In this document: positions 45,144 through 55,122 of the stretch, in pieces
Layout of the letters: every line of letters begins with the position of its first letter
Numbering within the stretch: the first letter of the stretch is position 1
Assembly: GCA_035544615.1 (NCBI GenBank)
Contig: DATKEA010000102.1
Location: 4,015 to 68,014 of the forward strand
Direction: 5' to 3'
Source: Acidimicrobiia bacterium
GTDB lineage: Bacteria > Actinomycetota > Acidimicrobiia > Spongiisociales > ZC4RG35
Length of the DNA: 64,000 bases
Made by a program: the position numbers and the translations under genes
Notes under the pieces: generated by a model
Seen by the model: only the letters and a program-made list of their open reading frames with translations
Database searches by the model: none
What the model was told of the DNA's origin: nothing

Positions 45144-46317
45144 GGGGCCACTCCACGGCACCCTCGTCGTCGAGTTCGGCAACCTGATCGCCGCCCCGTA
45201 CGCCGCCATGCTCCTGGCCGACATGGGAGCACGTGTGGTCAAGGTCGAGCCCCCAGGCGGAGATCTGGGCCGGGGTTTCGGCCCCTATCAGAACGGCGAG
45301 TCGACCTTCTTCATGATGGCCAACCGGGGCAAGGAGTCGCTCGCCCTCGACCCCAAAGACTGGGTGTCGAAGCGGGTTCTGGACAAGCTGGTGAGCAAGG
45401 CGGATGTCGTGGTGCACAACCTGCGACATGGGGCGATGGAGCGGATGGGTCTCGGTGAGGAGAGGGCCTCGACGCTCAACCAACGCCTCATATACACCTC
45501 CATCTCCGCCTTCGGCGCCGAAGGGCCGTATGCGGAACGGGCCGGGATCGACATCGTGTTCCAGGGAGAGTCGGGGATGATCTCGATCACCGGGGAGCCC
45601 AAGGACGGTCCCCGTAAGACGGCCACCACGATCGGCGATTATGTGGCGGGCACCAACGCCGCGCTCGCCATTTGCGCAGCCCTCGCCGAGACCCCCCGTC
45701 GCGGCCGGCGGATCGATGTCTCGCTGCGCGACGGGGTCATGGCGGTCCAGTCGGGATGGAACGCGCTCGCATTCGCCAACGGGGAGCAGCCGGAGCGAAC
45801 GGGCACCGCCAGCCCGTATCTGGCTCCGAACCAAGTGTTCCAGGCAGCCGATGCCCCATTCACACTGGCAATCGTCTCCGATCGCCATTTCCGGGTCCTC
45901 GCCGAGACACTGGACATGCCGGATTTGGCCGATGCCTATCCGACCAACGAGCTGCGAATGGCCAAGCGTGACCGGGTGGTCAGGAAGCTGTCCACTGTGT
46001 TCAAGACCGAGAAGGCGGATCATTGGGTGAGCCTGCTCGGCGAGGCCGGCCTCCCCGTCGGGCATGTCCTCACCTTGACCGAGGCTCTTTCCGACCCCCA
46101 AGCCAGGCACAATCAGATGGTCGTCGAATACCAGCACCCGGTGGCGGGCGAGGTGAAGGTGACCGGCTCGCCAATCCACCTCGATGGCGCCCCCGCCCTC
46201 GCCGGCGACATGCCACCCACCTTGGGTCAACACACCCGGGCGTTGCTGGCCGAATCCGGGGTCGACCCGGACACCATCGAGCAGATGGTCGAGGCAGGGT
46301 CCGCGCTCGTATCGTGA
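45136..46317 (+). CDS. family III CoA-transferase (CaiB/BaiF)
   Basis: 393 aa from a GTG start overlapping the thiolase stop, with an AAPYAAMLLADMGARVVKVE motif. Confidence 0.9.
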   Translation: MSEGPLHGTLVVEFGNLIAAPYAAMLLADMGARVVKVEPPGGDLGRGFGPYQNGESTFFMMANRGKESLALDPKDWVSKRVLDKLVSKADVVVHNLRHGAMERMGLGEERASTLNQRLIYTSISAFGAEGPYAERAGIDIVFQGESGMISITGEPKDGPRKTATTIGDYVAGTNAALAICAALAETPRRGRRIDVSLRDGVMAVQSGWNALAFANGEQPERTGTASPYLAPNQVFQAADAPFTLAIVSDRHFRVLAETLDMPDLADAYPTNELRMAKRDRVVRKLSTVFKTEKADHWVSLLGEAGLPVGHVLTLTEALSDPQARHNQMVVEYQHPVAGEVKVTGSPIHLDGAPALAGDMPPTLGQHTRALLAESGVDPDTIEQMVEAGSALVS

Positions 46318-46691
46318 GCGGCGTGATCCATTGGGCCGAGGAGGTGGGCGACGACTGGGCCGGGGTGCGGACCGAGTTGACCCGAGCCTTCGAGGTGAGC
46401 CGAGCCTCGGCGCAGGCGGAGGAGTCGTTCGTCTATGTGGTTAGACAGGACGACCTGCTGGGGAGACGGGGCCCGGGCAATGCCATGGTCGCCACCGGGC
46501 TTCTCTCCGCCGCCCGCACCGCGGCCCTGGAGGGAGCGCGCAAGGGGTGGACCGCCAATGTGGTCGCCTACGACGAGGGCACCGATCCCGATGCGGTGCA
46601 AGCCTGGGCACGCCGGATGCTCGAGGCAGGCGACGTCACCGGCGAGTTGGTGCGGGTCGGCGCGGGCCACATAGGAAAGACTCTGCCGTGA
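46314..46691 (+). CDS. 125-aa protein resembling only the C-terminal half of an SDR, lacking catalytic Tyr/Lys (pseudo-SDR partner?)
   Basis: GTGA overlaps at both ends. GNAMVATGLLSAARTAALE aligns by eye with the YxxxK helix of SDRs, but with Y and K replaced. No TGxxxGxG. Confidence 0.55.
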   Translation: MSGVIHWAEEVGDDWAGVRTELTRAFEVSRASAQAEESFVYVVRQDDLLGRRGPGNAMVATGLLSAARTAALEGARKGWTANVVAYDEGTDPDAVQAWARRMLEAGDVTGELVRVGAGHIGKTLP

Positions 46692-47386
46692 ACGGTATCG
46701 TCGTCGTCACCGGAGCGGCTCGTGGCATAGGGCGGGCCATCGCCGAGAGAGTTGCCTCGATGGGGCCGATCACAGTCATCGGAGTCGACATCGCCCCAGA
46801 GCTCGCCCTGTCCGAGCACCTCACCCCGGTTCAGGTGGATCTGACCTCGCCCGAGGGGCCAAGCGTGGTTCGAGAGACGGTCGAGTCAGCCTTGGCTCCA
46901 CTGGTCGGAGTGGTGAACAACGCCGGCATCACCCGGGACGCCCGCCTGGTCAACATGACTGACGACGACTTCGCCGCGGTGCTCGAGGTCAACCTTGGCG
47001 CCTCTTATCGGCTGGCGACCGAGCTGGCTCCCTTGATGTCCCACGGCGGCGCCATCGTCAACATCGCCTCCCGGGCCTATCTGGGCAACTTCGGGCAATT
47101 CAACTACTCGATGTCGAAGGGTGGAGTGGTGGGCATGACTCGGGCTCTCGCCCTGTCCTTGGCCCCCGGTGTCAGGGTCAACGCGGTGGCCCCCGGTCTG
47201 ATCTCATCGGAGATGAGCGTGGGTATTCCCGAGGAGATTCGGGAGAGAATGGTGGATGCGATCCCCCTCGACCGCATGGGCACCCCGGAAGAGGTGGCCA
47301 ACACGGTGTGGTGGCTGCTCACTCCCCTCTCCAGCTACATCACCGGCGAGGTGATCGTGGTGGGGGGCGGGAGAAGTCTGAGCTGA
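46688..47386 (+). CDS. SDR family oxidoreductase (3-oxoacyl reductase FabG-like)
   Basis: 232 aa from GTG 46688 with VTGAARGIGRA, NNAG and YSMSKGG. Confidence 0.9.
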   Translation: MNGIVVVTGAARGIGRAIAERVASMGPITVIGVDIAPELALSEHLTPVQVDLTSPEGPSVVRETVESALAPLVGVVNNAGITRDARLVNMTDDDFAAVLEVNLGASYRLATELAPLMSHGGAIVNIASRAYLGNFGQFNYSMSKGGVVGMTRALALSLAPGVRVNAVAPGLISSEMSVGIPEEIRERMVDAIPLDRMGTPEEVANTVWWLLTPLSSYITGEVIVVGGGRSLS

Positions 47387-47395
47387 CTCGCACCT

Positions 47396-48184
47396 TCAAC
47401 GCAACTCCAGGTACTGGGACTGGACCACCCTCCCGATACGCCCCTCCAGGTCGTAGAGCGCGGTGTCGGCGATGCCAATGCCGTGTGGCTGGGGATAGGA
47501 GGCCGACCTCATCCCGATCCAGTCGCCACGTGGCATGCGATGTAGATGAAGACTGATATCGGGATTGACGAAGGCATGGACCGTGGGATCGAGGGCCTGT
47601 GAGTTGCCGTTTGCCATGTCGGCAAGGGTGGCCAGCCGGACGAAGTCGCTCGCCTCTTCCCCGTCGACGACCGGGACCAGGAGACGGAACCAGGAGACGC
47701 CAGGCCCAGGTTTGCTGAACGAGCCCTCCCTGGTCCTTATCTCGACGGCGTCGTAGTGAAACCGATCCAAGTCGCCGACCTCGCCGAAGTGCCCCCGCCA
47801 GGTGAGCCGGTCCATGCTCTCCGGACCGGCAGGCATGGTGTCGGTCTCAGGAACCGGCAGATCGAGGTCGCCGATCCGGATCTTCAACGCCCGGGCCCGA
47901 CCCAACTCCACCGTGCCTGCCCGTAGCCAGGCATCGACGACCTGAATCCGCCGACCTTCCCGCACCACCTCGGTCTCTATCTGGAGCGGTTGAAGCGGGA
48001 CAGGGCGGGTGAGATCCACGGTCAACCGGACCACCTGCATCGGCTCGAGGGTGGGCACGTTCTCCACAGCCCGGGCCATGATCCCGCACGGCGGCCCTCC
48101 ATGTTGGGCATCGTCCGACCACCCGCCGCGGGTCATCTCGGACGGGATCAGGTCCTCGCCGGCGAGGCTAAAGAGGGCGGGCAT
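47396..48184 (-). CDS. acyl-CoA thioesterase (double hot-dog, TesB-like)
   Basis: 262 aa with duplicated hot-dog-like halves. Call is by overall resemblance. Confidence 0.65.
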   Translation of the reverse strand: MPALFSLAGEDLIPSEMTRGGWSDDAQHGGPPCGIMARAVENVPTLEPMQVVRLTVDLTRPVPLQPLQIETEVVREGRRIQVVDAWLRAGTVELGRARALKIRIGDLDLPVPETDTMPAGPESMDRLTWRGHFGEVGDLDRFHYDAVEIRTREGSFSKPGPGVSWFRLLVPVVDGEEASDFVRLATLADMANGNSQALDPTVHAFVNPDISLHLHRMPRGDWIGMRSASYPQPHGIGIADTALYDLEGRIGRVVQSQYLELR

Positions 48185-48221
48185 GGGTGGGGCAGGGGAG
48201 AGATCGCTCGAGATCGTCAGG

Positions 48222-48665
48222 TCAGTAGTAGTACCGGCTCACCGTTTCGGCGACCATGACCGGCTTCTCGCCACCCTCGATCTCTATGACGACCTGGCGG
48301 TTGACCTGGATCCCACCGTCCACATCCGTCACCGAGACCAGACCGATCCGAGCGCGGATCCTGGAGCCGACCGGGACCGGTGCCGGGAACCGCACCTTCT
48401 CCAACCCGTAGTTGAGCCCCATGCGCGGCGACCCGACATCGAGCTCGACCTGGGCGCTCAGGGTGACCGTGAGAGAAAGAGTGAGAAACCCGTGGGCGAT
48501 GGTGCCGCCAAACGGGCCTGCCGCTGCCTTCTCCTGGTCGACATGGATCCACTGGTGGTCGTCGGTGGCATCAGCGAAGGCGCTCACCCGGTCCTGGGTG
48601 ATCTCCATCCAGTCGCTGATCCCGATCTCAGACCCAATTCGGTCCTGGAAGTCTGTTGCGTTCAT
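48222..48665 (-). CDS. MaoC-like (R)-specific enoyl-CoA hydratase/dehydratase
   Basis: 147 aa from ATG 48665 with DHQWIHVD and TIAHGFLTLS. Confidence 0.85.
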   Translation of the reverse strand: MNATDFQDRIGSEIGISDWMEITQDRVSAFADATDDHQWIHVDQEKAAAGPFGGTIAHGFLTLSLTVTLSAQVELDVGSPRMGLNYGLEKVRFPAPVPVGSRIRARIGLVSVTDVDGGIQVNRQVVIEIEGGEKPVMVAETVSRYYY

Positions 48666-48731
48666 TCTCCGTCCCTCCAGCGCCATATACGGCGCCACGT
48701 ACCTCAGGTAAGCAGAACTAGCCTGCCTTCC

Positions 48732-50330
48732 GTGCAGGTACTGGGGACGAAGGTGGACCCGCGGTCCGAGGAGTACCGGGTCAACCGCGCCGCAATGGAG
48801 ACCCAGCTGGCCGAGTTCGAGAGGCTCATGGAGCAGGCCCGCCGAGGTGGGGGCGAGAAGTACATCCAGCGGCATCGGGATCGGGGCAAGCTGCTGGCTC
48901 GGGAGCGCATAGAGCTCATCCTCGACCGGGATTCCCCCTTTCTCGAGCTCTCCACCCTGGCCGCCTGGGGCACCGACAAGAACCTAGGGGCGAACGTGGT
49001 CACCGGAATCGGGGTGGTGGAGGGAGTCGAGTGCGCCATCCTGGCCCACGACCCGACCAGCCAGGCCGGCTCGATGAACCGCTATTCGGTGTCCAAGACG
49101 CTGCGCATCATGGACATCGCCCGGGAGAACCGTCTCCCCCTCATCAATCTGGTCGAGTCCGGCGGAGCCGACCTGCCCGATCAGGCCGAGGTGTTCATCG
49201 TCGGCGGCAAGTGGTTCCGCAACCTCACCCAGCTCTCCAAGCTGGGCATCCCCACCGTCGCCATCGTCTTCGGCAGCTCCACCGCCGGCGGCGCCTACTT
49301 CCCCGCCATGTGCGACTACTCGATCATGGTCAAGGAGCAGGCAAAGGTCTTTCTCGGCGGACCACCCTTGGTCAAGATGGCCACCGGGGAGGAGTCCACC
49401 GACGAGGAGCTGGGAGGGGCGGAGATGCACTCGAAGATCTCGGGGCTCTCCGATTACTTCGCACAGGACGAGCAGGAGGCGATCCGAATGGGCCGCGACA
49501 TCGTCGGCCACTTCAACTGGCGCAAGCAGGGATACGGCCCCACCAAGGACCCCGACCCGCCGGTGTACCAAGTCGACGACATCCTGGGGGTGATCCCGCC
49601 CGATCTCCGGGTCCCCTTCGACATGCGCGAGATCCTGGCCCGCACCCTCGACGGCTCCCGGTTCGAGGAGTACAAGACGGCCTACGGCACCTCGATCCTC
49701 ACCGGGTGGGGCTCGATCCACGGCTTCCCGGTGGGGGTGATCGCCAATCAGAGAGGTGTCATCTTCTCCGAGGAGGCGCAGAAGGCGACCGAGTTCATCC
49801 AACTGAGCAACCGATACGACACCCCGCTCATCTTCATCCACAACACCACCGGCTACATGGTGGGCAAGGACTATGAGCAGCGGGGGATCATCAAGGACGG
49901 GGCAAAGATGGTCAACGCGGTGGCCAACTCCGAGGTCCCCCACATCACCCTCATGGCCGGGGTCTCCTACGGAGCAGGTAACTACGGGATGTCGGGCCGG
50001 TCCTACGAGCCCCGCTTCGTGTTCGGCTACCCCAACCACAAGGTCGCCGTGATGGGCCCCACCCAGCTGGCCGGGGTCATGTCGATCATCGCCCGGCAGG
50101 CGGCAGAGGCACGAGGCGAACCATTCGACGAGGTCGAGGACGAGAAGCGACGCAAGGAGATCGAAACCCAGATCGAGGCCGAAGAGCTCGCCTACTTCTC
50201 CACCGCCCGGGTCCGCGACGACGGCCTCATCGACCCCCGTGACACCCGGCATGTCCTGGGCATCGCCCTCTCCGCCACCCACTCGGCCGAGGTGAAGGGG
50301 ACCGATCGCTTCGGCGTGTTTCGGATGTGA
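48732..50330 (+). CDS. acyl-CoA carboxylase carboxyltransferase (beta) subunit, methylcrotonyl-/propionyl-CoA carboxylase-like
   Basis: 532 aa from GTG 48732. The long upstream part of the 773-aa ORF-track entry overlaps the MaoC gene and is rejected. Typical N-terminus SEEYRVNRAAM. Confidence 0.85.
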   Translation: MQVLGTKVDPRSEEYRVNRAAMETQLAEFERLMEQARRGGGEKYIQRHRDRGKLLARERIELILDRDSPFLELSTLAAWGTDKNLGANVVTGIGVVEGVECAILAHDPTSQAGSMNRYSVSKTLRIMDIARENRLPLINLVESGGADLPDQAEVFIVGGKWFRNLTQLSKLGIPTVAIVFGSSTAGGAYFPAMCDYSIMVKEQAKVFLGGPPLVKMATGEESTDEELGGAEMHSKISGLSDYFAQDEQEAIRMGRDIVGHFNWRKQGYGPTKDPDPPVYQVDDILGVIPPDLRVPFDMREILARTLDGSRFEEYKTAYGTSILTGWGSIHGFPVGVIANQRGVIFSEEAQKATEFIQLSNRYDTPLIFIHNTTGYMVGKDYEQRGIIKDGAKMVNAVANSEVPHITLMAGVSYGAGNYGMSGRSYEPRFVFGYPNHKVAVMGPTQLAGVMSIIARQAAEARGEPFDEVEDEKRRKEIETQIEAEELAYFSTARVRDDGLIDPRDTRHVLGIALSATHSAEVKGTDRFGVFRM

Positions 50331-50738
50331 TCAGCCCGCGATGAACGACAGCCGGACCTTTCGGGTCCGATTGTCGACGTTGGTATCGACCAGAATCACC
50401 GACTGCCATGTGCCCAGGGTCATGTGTCCCGCTACGACCGGGATGGTCACGCTGGGCGAGACGAACGCCGGCAGCACATGGTCCCGTCCGTGACCCGGGC
50501 TGCCGTGCTCGTGATGCCATCGGCCCCGCTCCGCCGGGAGCAGTTCGTCGATGGCGGTGAGCAGATCGTGGTCACTGCCTGCCCCCACCTCGAGGATGGC
50601 TACGCCAGCGGTGGCGTGGGGGACGAAAACCGAGAGCAGGCCATCGCCGCGCCCGGACGCGAACCTGGCCAGGTCGGCGGTGATGTCGACCACCGCCGGC
50701 CGACCTCCGGTCGCGACGACGAGCTCCTCGGTGTCCAT
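50331..50738 (-). CDS. YjbQ/UPF0047 family protein (secondary thiamine-phosphate synthase-like)
   Basis: 135 aa with PHATAG and LGTWQSVILVD motifs. Its stop abuts the convergent stop in TGATCA. Confidence 0.8.
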   Translation of the reverse strand: MDTEELVVATGGRPAVVDITADLARFASGRGDGLLSVFVPHATAGVAILEVGAGSDHDLLTAIDELLPAERGRWHHEHGSPGHGRDHVLPAFVSPSVTIPVVAGHMTLGTWQSVILVDTNVDNRTRKVRLSFIAG

Positions 50739-50778
50739 CAGCTCACGCTACCGGGGCCGGCCCCCGATGGCGTCGTGG

Positions 50779-52095
50779 CTATCCCCTGATCACCTCAGAC
50801 AGGGCGGCGTGTGCCTCCAGCTCGGCTCGGTGAGCGGTTTCGATCGCCCCGGCCAGCGACTCGAACAGCCCGTCGATCTCCCGGTCCGTCAGCGGTAACC
50901 CCGGTTCGAACTCGGCAGCCAACGCGTTGAGGGAGGCGGCCGAATCGGCAGCGGCACTGTCGCCATCATCCCCCTGACGCACCGCCTCCCGTCGGCGACG
51001 AGAAAGCTCCACCGCCTGTTCCAGCGGCTCGAATCCGTCTGGCAGGGTGGCGTCGCCGACGTCGTCCCAGGCGTCGCCTGCGTGGCGGTAGCGCTCGGCC
51101 GCCTCGGTGAGCCCGGGACGCCCGAGCAATGCGCCTGCCTCGTCGAGGAACTCGGCGTAGAGCGGGCGCAACGAGCCACCAGCGATCCCGATGTCCGAGA
51201 CTGCTTCGCGGGTGCTGCGCAAGGCGCCCCAGAGCCCGACTCGGTCGGCAAAGACCCTCTTCCAGCCTTTCCCGGTATCGGTGGTCACCATCCTGGCCCA
51301 CTTCGAGAATGCAGGCAGCGAGAACGAGTCCGATCTCGAAGCCAGATGCTCCACGGCATCGGCGAGACCAGCTTCGATGGCTCCCGACAGCCGGTCGGCG
51401 GTAAGGGCGTCCGCTGGCTCGACCACGACCATACGGTTCTTGTAGGAGGGGATTCGGCCCCGCGCCGTCGCCATCGCCTCAACAGGAACGGTGAGCAGGC
51501 CTGAGTTCCGGTCGTCGACCTCATAGCGATCAGAGTCGACTCCCACGACCGCGATCGGATAACCCCACTCTCCCGCCTCCTCCGGGGGAAGGTGCCAGTA
51601 AGGCAGATCGGCAACGGATACCTCGACCATCACCGAATGCCCCGTCTCTACCGCTTCGTCGAGTTGACGTCTCGCCTTGACCATGCCCGAGGTCTGTTCC
51701 CGTCGGAACTCGACCCCGACCCGATCGAGCAACGTGTCCAGCCAGCGGTCGGGGTATTGCCAGCGGTTGCGGAAACCGATGGTGACGACCCGACGGCCGC
51801 CCGGGGAATGGGAAGAAGGCCTGTGGTCGGTCTCCGGCGCGAACTCCCAGAGGATGTATCCGGCGCCGAGCCCGCCTCCGATCCCGAGCAGGAGCGCCTC
51901 GGACAACCGACCGTCGGGGCCGAGTATCCCGGCATCACCGAGAACCCGGGCCAGGGCGGAGGTGTCGGGATGGACCCCGACATCGGGGGCACGCCCCTCC
52001 CCGCCCACCACATGGCGGCGGGCTGTCATATAGCTCTCGCCCGTCTTCTCCATCCGGGCGCGGATGAGCTCTTTGAGTTTCTTGTGTGCAGTCAT
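50779..52095 (-). CDS. BtrH N-terminal-like / DUF4872-like protein with short basic N-terminal helix module
   Basis: 438 aa from ATG 52095, with GGAGA 6 nt upstream (ATG 52098 is also possible). N-terminal MTAHKKLKELIRARMEKTGESYMTARRHV. The family call is from memory and weak. Confidence 0.5.
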   Translation of the reverse strand: MTAHKKLKELIRARMEKTGESYMTARRHVVGGEGRAPDVGVHPDTSALARVLGDAGILGPDGRLSEALLLGIGGGLGAGYILWEFAPETDHRPSSHSPGGRRVVTIGFRNRWQYPDRWLDTLLDRVGVEFRREQTSGMVKARRQLDEAVETGHSVMVEVSVADLPYWHLPPEEAGEWGYPIAVVGVDSDRYEVDDRNSGLLTVPVEAMATARGRIPSYKNRMVVVEPADALTADRLSGAIEAGLADAVEHLASRSDSFSLPAFSKWARMVTTDTGKGWKRVFADRVGLWGALRSTREAVSDIGIAGGSLRPLYAEFLDEAGALLGRPGLTEAAERYRHAGDAWDDVGDATLPDGFEPLEQAVELSRRRREAVRQGDDGDSAAADSAASLNALAAEFEPGLPLTDREIDGLFESLAGAIETAHRAELEAHAALSEVIRG

Positions 52096-52379
52096 CATCG
52101 ATCTCCACGGACTGCCGCCCCAGGCCCACACCCTGTCCGGCGGCCGTCACGGGGTCGACGACACTCGATATCTCCCGATGACAAGGGCCACCTTTCCTTG
52201 CGCATTGCCGGGCGGTCTGGGCGCCCGGTCTGCAGATGAGGCGTGAGAGCACGCCGAAGAAGGAGATTAGCCCGAGCGATGCCGAGGCCGGGGGTCATGG
52301 CGCCGCCTATGTATGCCGGGCGTTCAGCCGGCGCGTTCAGCTGCCTCCACGAGCCAGCGAGCACTTCGGTTGTGACGTA

Positions 52380-53105
52380 TCAGCCGGTGAAGTCGACCAC
52401 CACGTCGCGGTAGCCGAGACCGAGCAGGAAGTCGGTCAGGACCTGACGGGCGTTGGTTTCGGCTTCGGCCAGTAAGCCCTCGTCGAGGGCCCCCTGGACC
52501 AGGACCTCCTCGGCGACACGTCGTGCCTCCGTCTCCAATTGGGGATCGCCCTTGGTGAACACACCGGTGCTCCGGTCGAGGATGTGGGTTGCTTCATTGT
52601 CCACCGCTACGTACTGCACTTCGGCCGCAGGAACAATGATCTCGACTACCCCATCGTCGCCCAGCGAGACGTTGCGAACCGAGACCGAGCTCAGGTCCAC
52701 CCCGGCGCCGATCCGGGCCACAGCAAACAGTTGCAGGCTGTCGCCACGGGCCCAGGCAAGCCATCCCTCGTCGGTGCCCTTCTCCACGATGGTGTACTCG
52801 ATCACCTCGATCGTGGTCAGGTTGGCCAGGTCACGAATGGAGCTGATGACCACGGGGCCGATCTCCTCGTAAGGCTCCGGCTCGAACACCGCGGCCAGGT
52901 CTGCCGGGGTGGGAACCGCGTCCACCAGCCCCCGCACTCCCGAGACGACTGCCATCCCAATCACGACGAACATGGCCATGACTCCGAGCACGATGGCGAT
53001 CGGAACCGCTCTTGATCGTCTCGGCGGCTCCGGTGGTGGTCTTTGAACCATGTCTTCTTCCATCAGCTGGGGGTAACTCATAGCGGGCGCGACTCCTCGA
53101 CTCAA
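52380..53105 (-). CDS. DUF4230 domain membrane-anchored protein
   Basis: 241 aa with a single TM after a Pro/Arg-rich N-terminus. Body resembles DUF4230 (SIRDLANLTTIEVIEY). Confidence 0.65.
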   Translation of the reverse strand: MSRGVAPAMSYPQLMEEDMVQRPPPEPPRRSRAVPIAIVLGVMAMFVVIGMAVVSGVRGLVDAVPTPADLAAVFEPEPYEEIGPVVISSIRDLANLTTIEVIEYTIVEKGTDEGWLAWARGDSLQLFAVARIGAGVDLSSVSVRNVSLGDDGVVEIIVPAAEVQYVAVDNEATHILDRSTGVFTKGDPQLETEARRVAEEVLVQGALDEGLLAEAETNARQVLTDFLLGLGYRDVVVDFTG

Positions 53106-53172
53106 TCGGGAACGACACCTATAGGACGTCCTGGGACCGGAAATGGTTTCCGCCGGTACCCTCTGTCAGCCG

Positions 53173-55122
53173 ATGATCCGGAAAATCCTGGTAGCCAATC
53201 GCGGGGAAATCGCCCGGCGCGTGTTCCGCACCTGTCGCGAGCTCAGGATAGAGACGGTGGCTGTCTACTCGGCTCAGGACGCCGCCGAACCCCACGTCAC
53301 CGAAGCCGACCTCTCCATGGGTCTGCCCGGATCGACCGCAACAGAGACCTATCTCGACATCGACTTGGTGTTGGAAGCGGCCAGACGATCCGAGGCCGAT
53401 GCCATCCACCCCGGCTACGGATTCCTGGCCGAGAACGCCGAATTCGCCCGACGTGCAATCTCACGGGGCCTCACCTGGATCGGCCCCTCACCGGAGGCCA
53501 TAGAGGTCATGGGATCGAAACTGGCGTCGAAGGAACTGATGACATCGATAGGGATCCCGACCCTCCCCAGTCTGGACCTCACCGGGCGTTCCGCAGACGA
53601 GGCAGCCGACGCAGCCGCCGCAATCGGGTTCCCGGTGCTGGTCAAGGCGTCGGCAGGAGGCGGGGGAAAGGGAATGCGCATCGTCCATGATCCGACCGAC
53701 CTTGCCGACTCCATTTCCGGAGCCCGACGTGAAGCTGCCTCGGCATTCGGAGACGACACCGTATTCCTGGAGCGGTATCTCGATGCGCCCCGACACATCG
53801 AGATTCAGGTGTTTGGTGACAGCCATGGTCGTGTTCTCTCCCTGTTCGAGCGGGAGTGCTCGATCCAGCGGAGGCATCAGAAGATCATTGAGGAGGCGCC
53901 ATCACCGGTCATCGACGAGCAGCTGCGGACTCGAATGGGCGAGACCGCGGTGCGGGCCGCCGAAGCGGTGGGATATGTCGGCGCCGGAACCGTCGAGTTC
54001 CTGTATCAGGACGGTGAGTTCTTCTTTCTGGAGATGAACACCCGTCTCCAGGTGGAGCACCCGGTCACCGAGATGATCACCGGTCTCGACCTGGTGAGGC
54101 TTCAGATCGAGGTGGCCGACGGCGCCGCCCTCGAGCTCACCCCTCGCCGATACGGGCATGCCATCGAGGCCCGGCTCTATGCCGAGGACCCGCTCAAAGA
54201 CTTCCTCCCGGTCACCGGCGCCATTCATCGCTTCGAGATCCCGGTCGAACCCGGGGTTCGTGTCGACTCCGGTGTCGAGACCGGCTCCACGGTCTCGGTG
54301 TTCTACGACCCGATGCTGGCCAAAGTGATCTCACACGCCCCTGACCGGAAGCAGGCGGCGATCACCCTGGCCTCAGTCCTTCGCCGCGGAGTCATCCACG
54401 GACCGACGACCAATCGTGATCTCCTGGTCCGAATCTTGGAGCATCCCGGATTCTTGGCAGGTGAGACCGACACCCACTTCATCGACCGGAACGACCTTGC
54501 ACAGCTGGCTCGACCACTCGCCGACGAGAAGGTGGAACAGATCTCTGCTGTCGCCGCCGCCCTCTCCGACCAGGCGCTGGAGCGAGACCGGGCCAACGTC
54601 CTCGGCACCATTCCCTCCGGCTGGCGAAACAGCCCGGGGCATCTTCAAGAACGGGCTTACCGGGGCGAGCACGGGACTCACGTCGTCCGCTACTCGGCCG
54701 CCCCGGTCATCGCTGTGGAAGGGCTCGACGATCTCGAGTTGACCAGATGCACTCCGGAGCTCGTCGAGCTGACCCTTGGCGATGCCGAGTATCACTTCGC
54801 CCTGGGGCGTTATGGCGACACCCGACATCTCGACTCCGATCTCGGCTCGGTCCGTCTCGAGACGATCCCACGCTTCGCCACCACCGAGGCGGTCGAGGCG
54901 CCGGGTTCACTTCACTCCCCCATGCCGGGCAAGGTGATCAGAGTCGAGGTCGCCACCGGGGACGAGGTCAGGGTGGGTCAGGTGCTCGTGGTGCTGGAGG
55001 CGATGAAGATGGAGCACAGTCTCCGCGCCCCGCACGACGGAACGGTCGGGGAAGTGGATTGTCGAGCCGGCGATCAGGTGGAAGCGGGGGCCGTCTTGGT
55101 CGTGGTGGAGGAGGCGTCCTAG
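53173..55122 (+). CDS. acyl-CoA carboxylase alpha subunit (biotin carboxylase plus biotinyl carrier domain)
   Basis: 649 aa from ATG 53173 (MIRKILVANRGEIA). ATP-grasp fold and the C-terminal biotinylation motif EAMKME. Confidence 0.9.
   Translation: MIRKILVANRGEIARRVFRTCRELRIETVAVYSAQDAAEPHVTEADLSMGLPGSTATETYLDIDLVLEAARRSEADAIHPGYGFLAENAEFARRAISRGLTWIGPSPEAIEVMGSKLASKELMTSIGIPTLPSLDLTGRSADEAADAAAAIGFPVLVKASAGGGGKGMRIVHDPTDLADSISGARREAASAFGDDTVFLERYLDAPRHIEIQVFGDSHGRVLSLFERECSIQRRHQKIIEEAPSPVIDEQLRTRMGETAVRAAEAVGYVGAGTVEFLYQDGEFFFLEMNTRLQVEHPVTEMITGLDLVRLQIEVADGAALELTPRRYGHAIEARLYAEDPLKDFLPVTGAIHRFEIPVEPGVRVDSGVETGSTVSVFYDPMLAKVISHAPDRKQAAITLASVLRRGVIHGPTTNRDLLVRILEHPGFLAGETDTHFIDRNDLAQLARPLADEKVEQISAVAAALSDQALERDRANVLGTIPSGWRNSPGHLQERAYRGEHGTHVVRYSAAPVIAVEGLDDLELTRCTPELVELTLGDAEYHFALGRYGDTRHLDSDLGSVRLETIPRFATTEAVEAPGSLHSPMPGKVIRVEVATGDEVRVGQVLVVLEAMKMEHSLRAPHDGTVGEVDCRAGDQVEAGAVLVVVEEAS

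Noticed and set aside
52099-52379. 281-bp spacer examined for small ORFs, riboswitch-like structure or repeat-family copies
   Set aside because: Only a 7-bp-stem palindrome (CCGGGCG..CGCCCGG, 52208-52228) and unconvincing ORFs (52095-52364 minus, 52236-52475 plus). No similarity to the 160-bp element.
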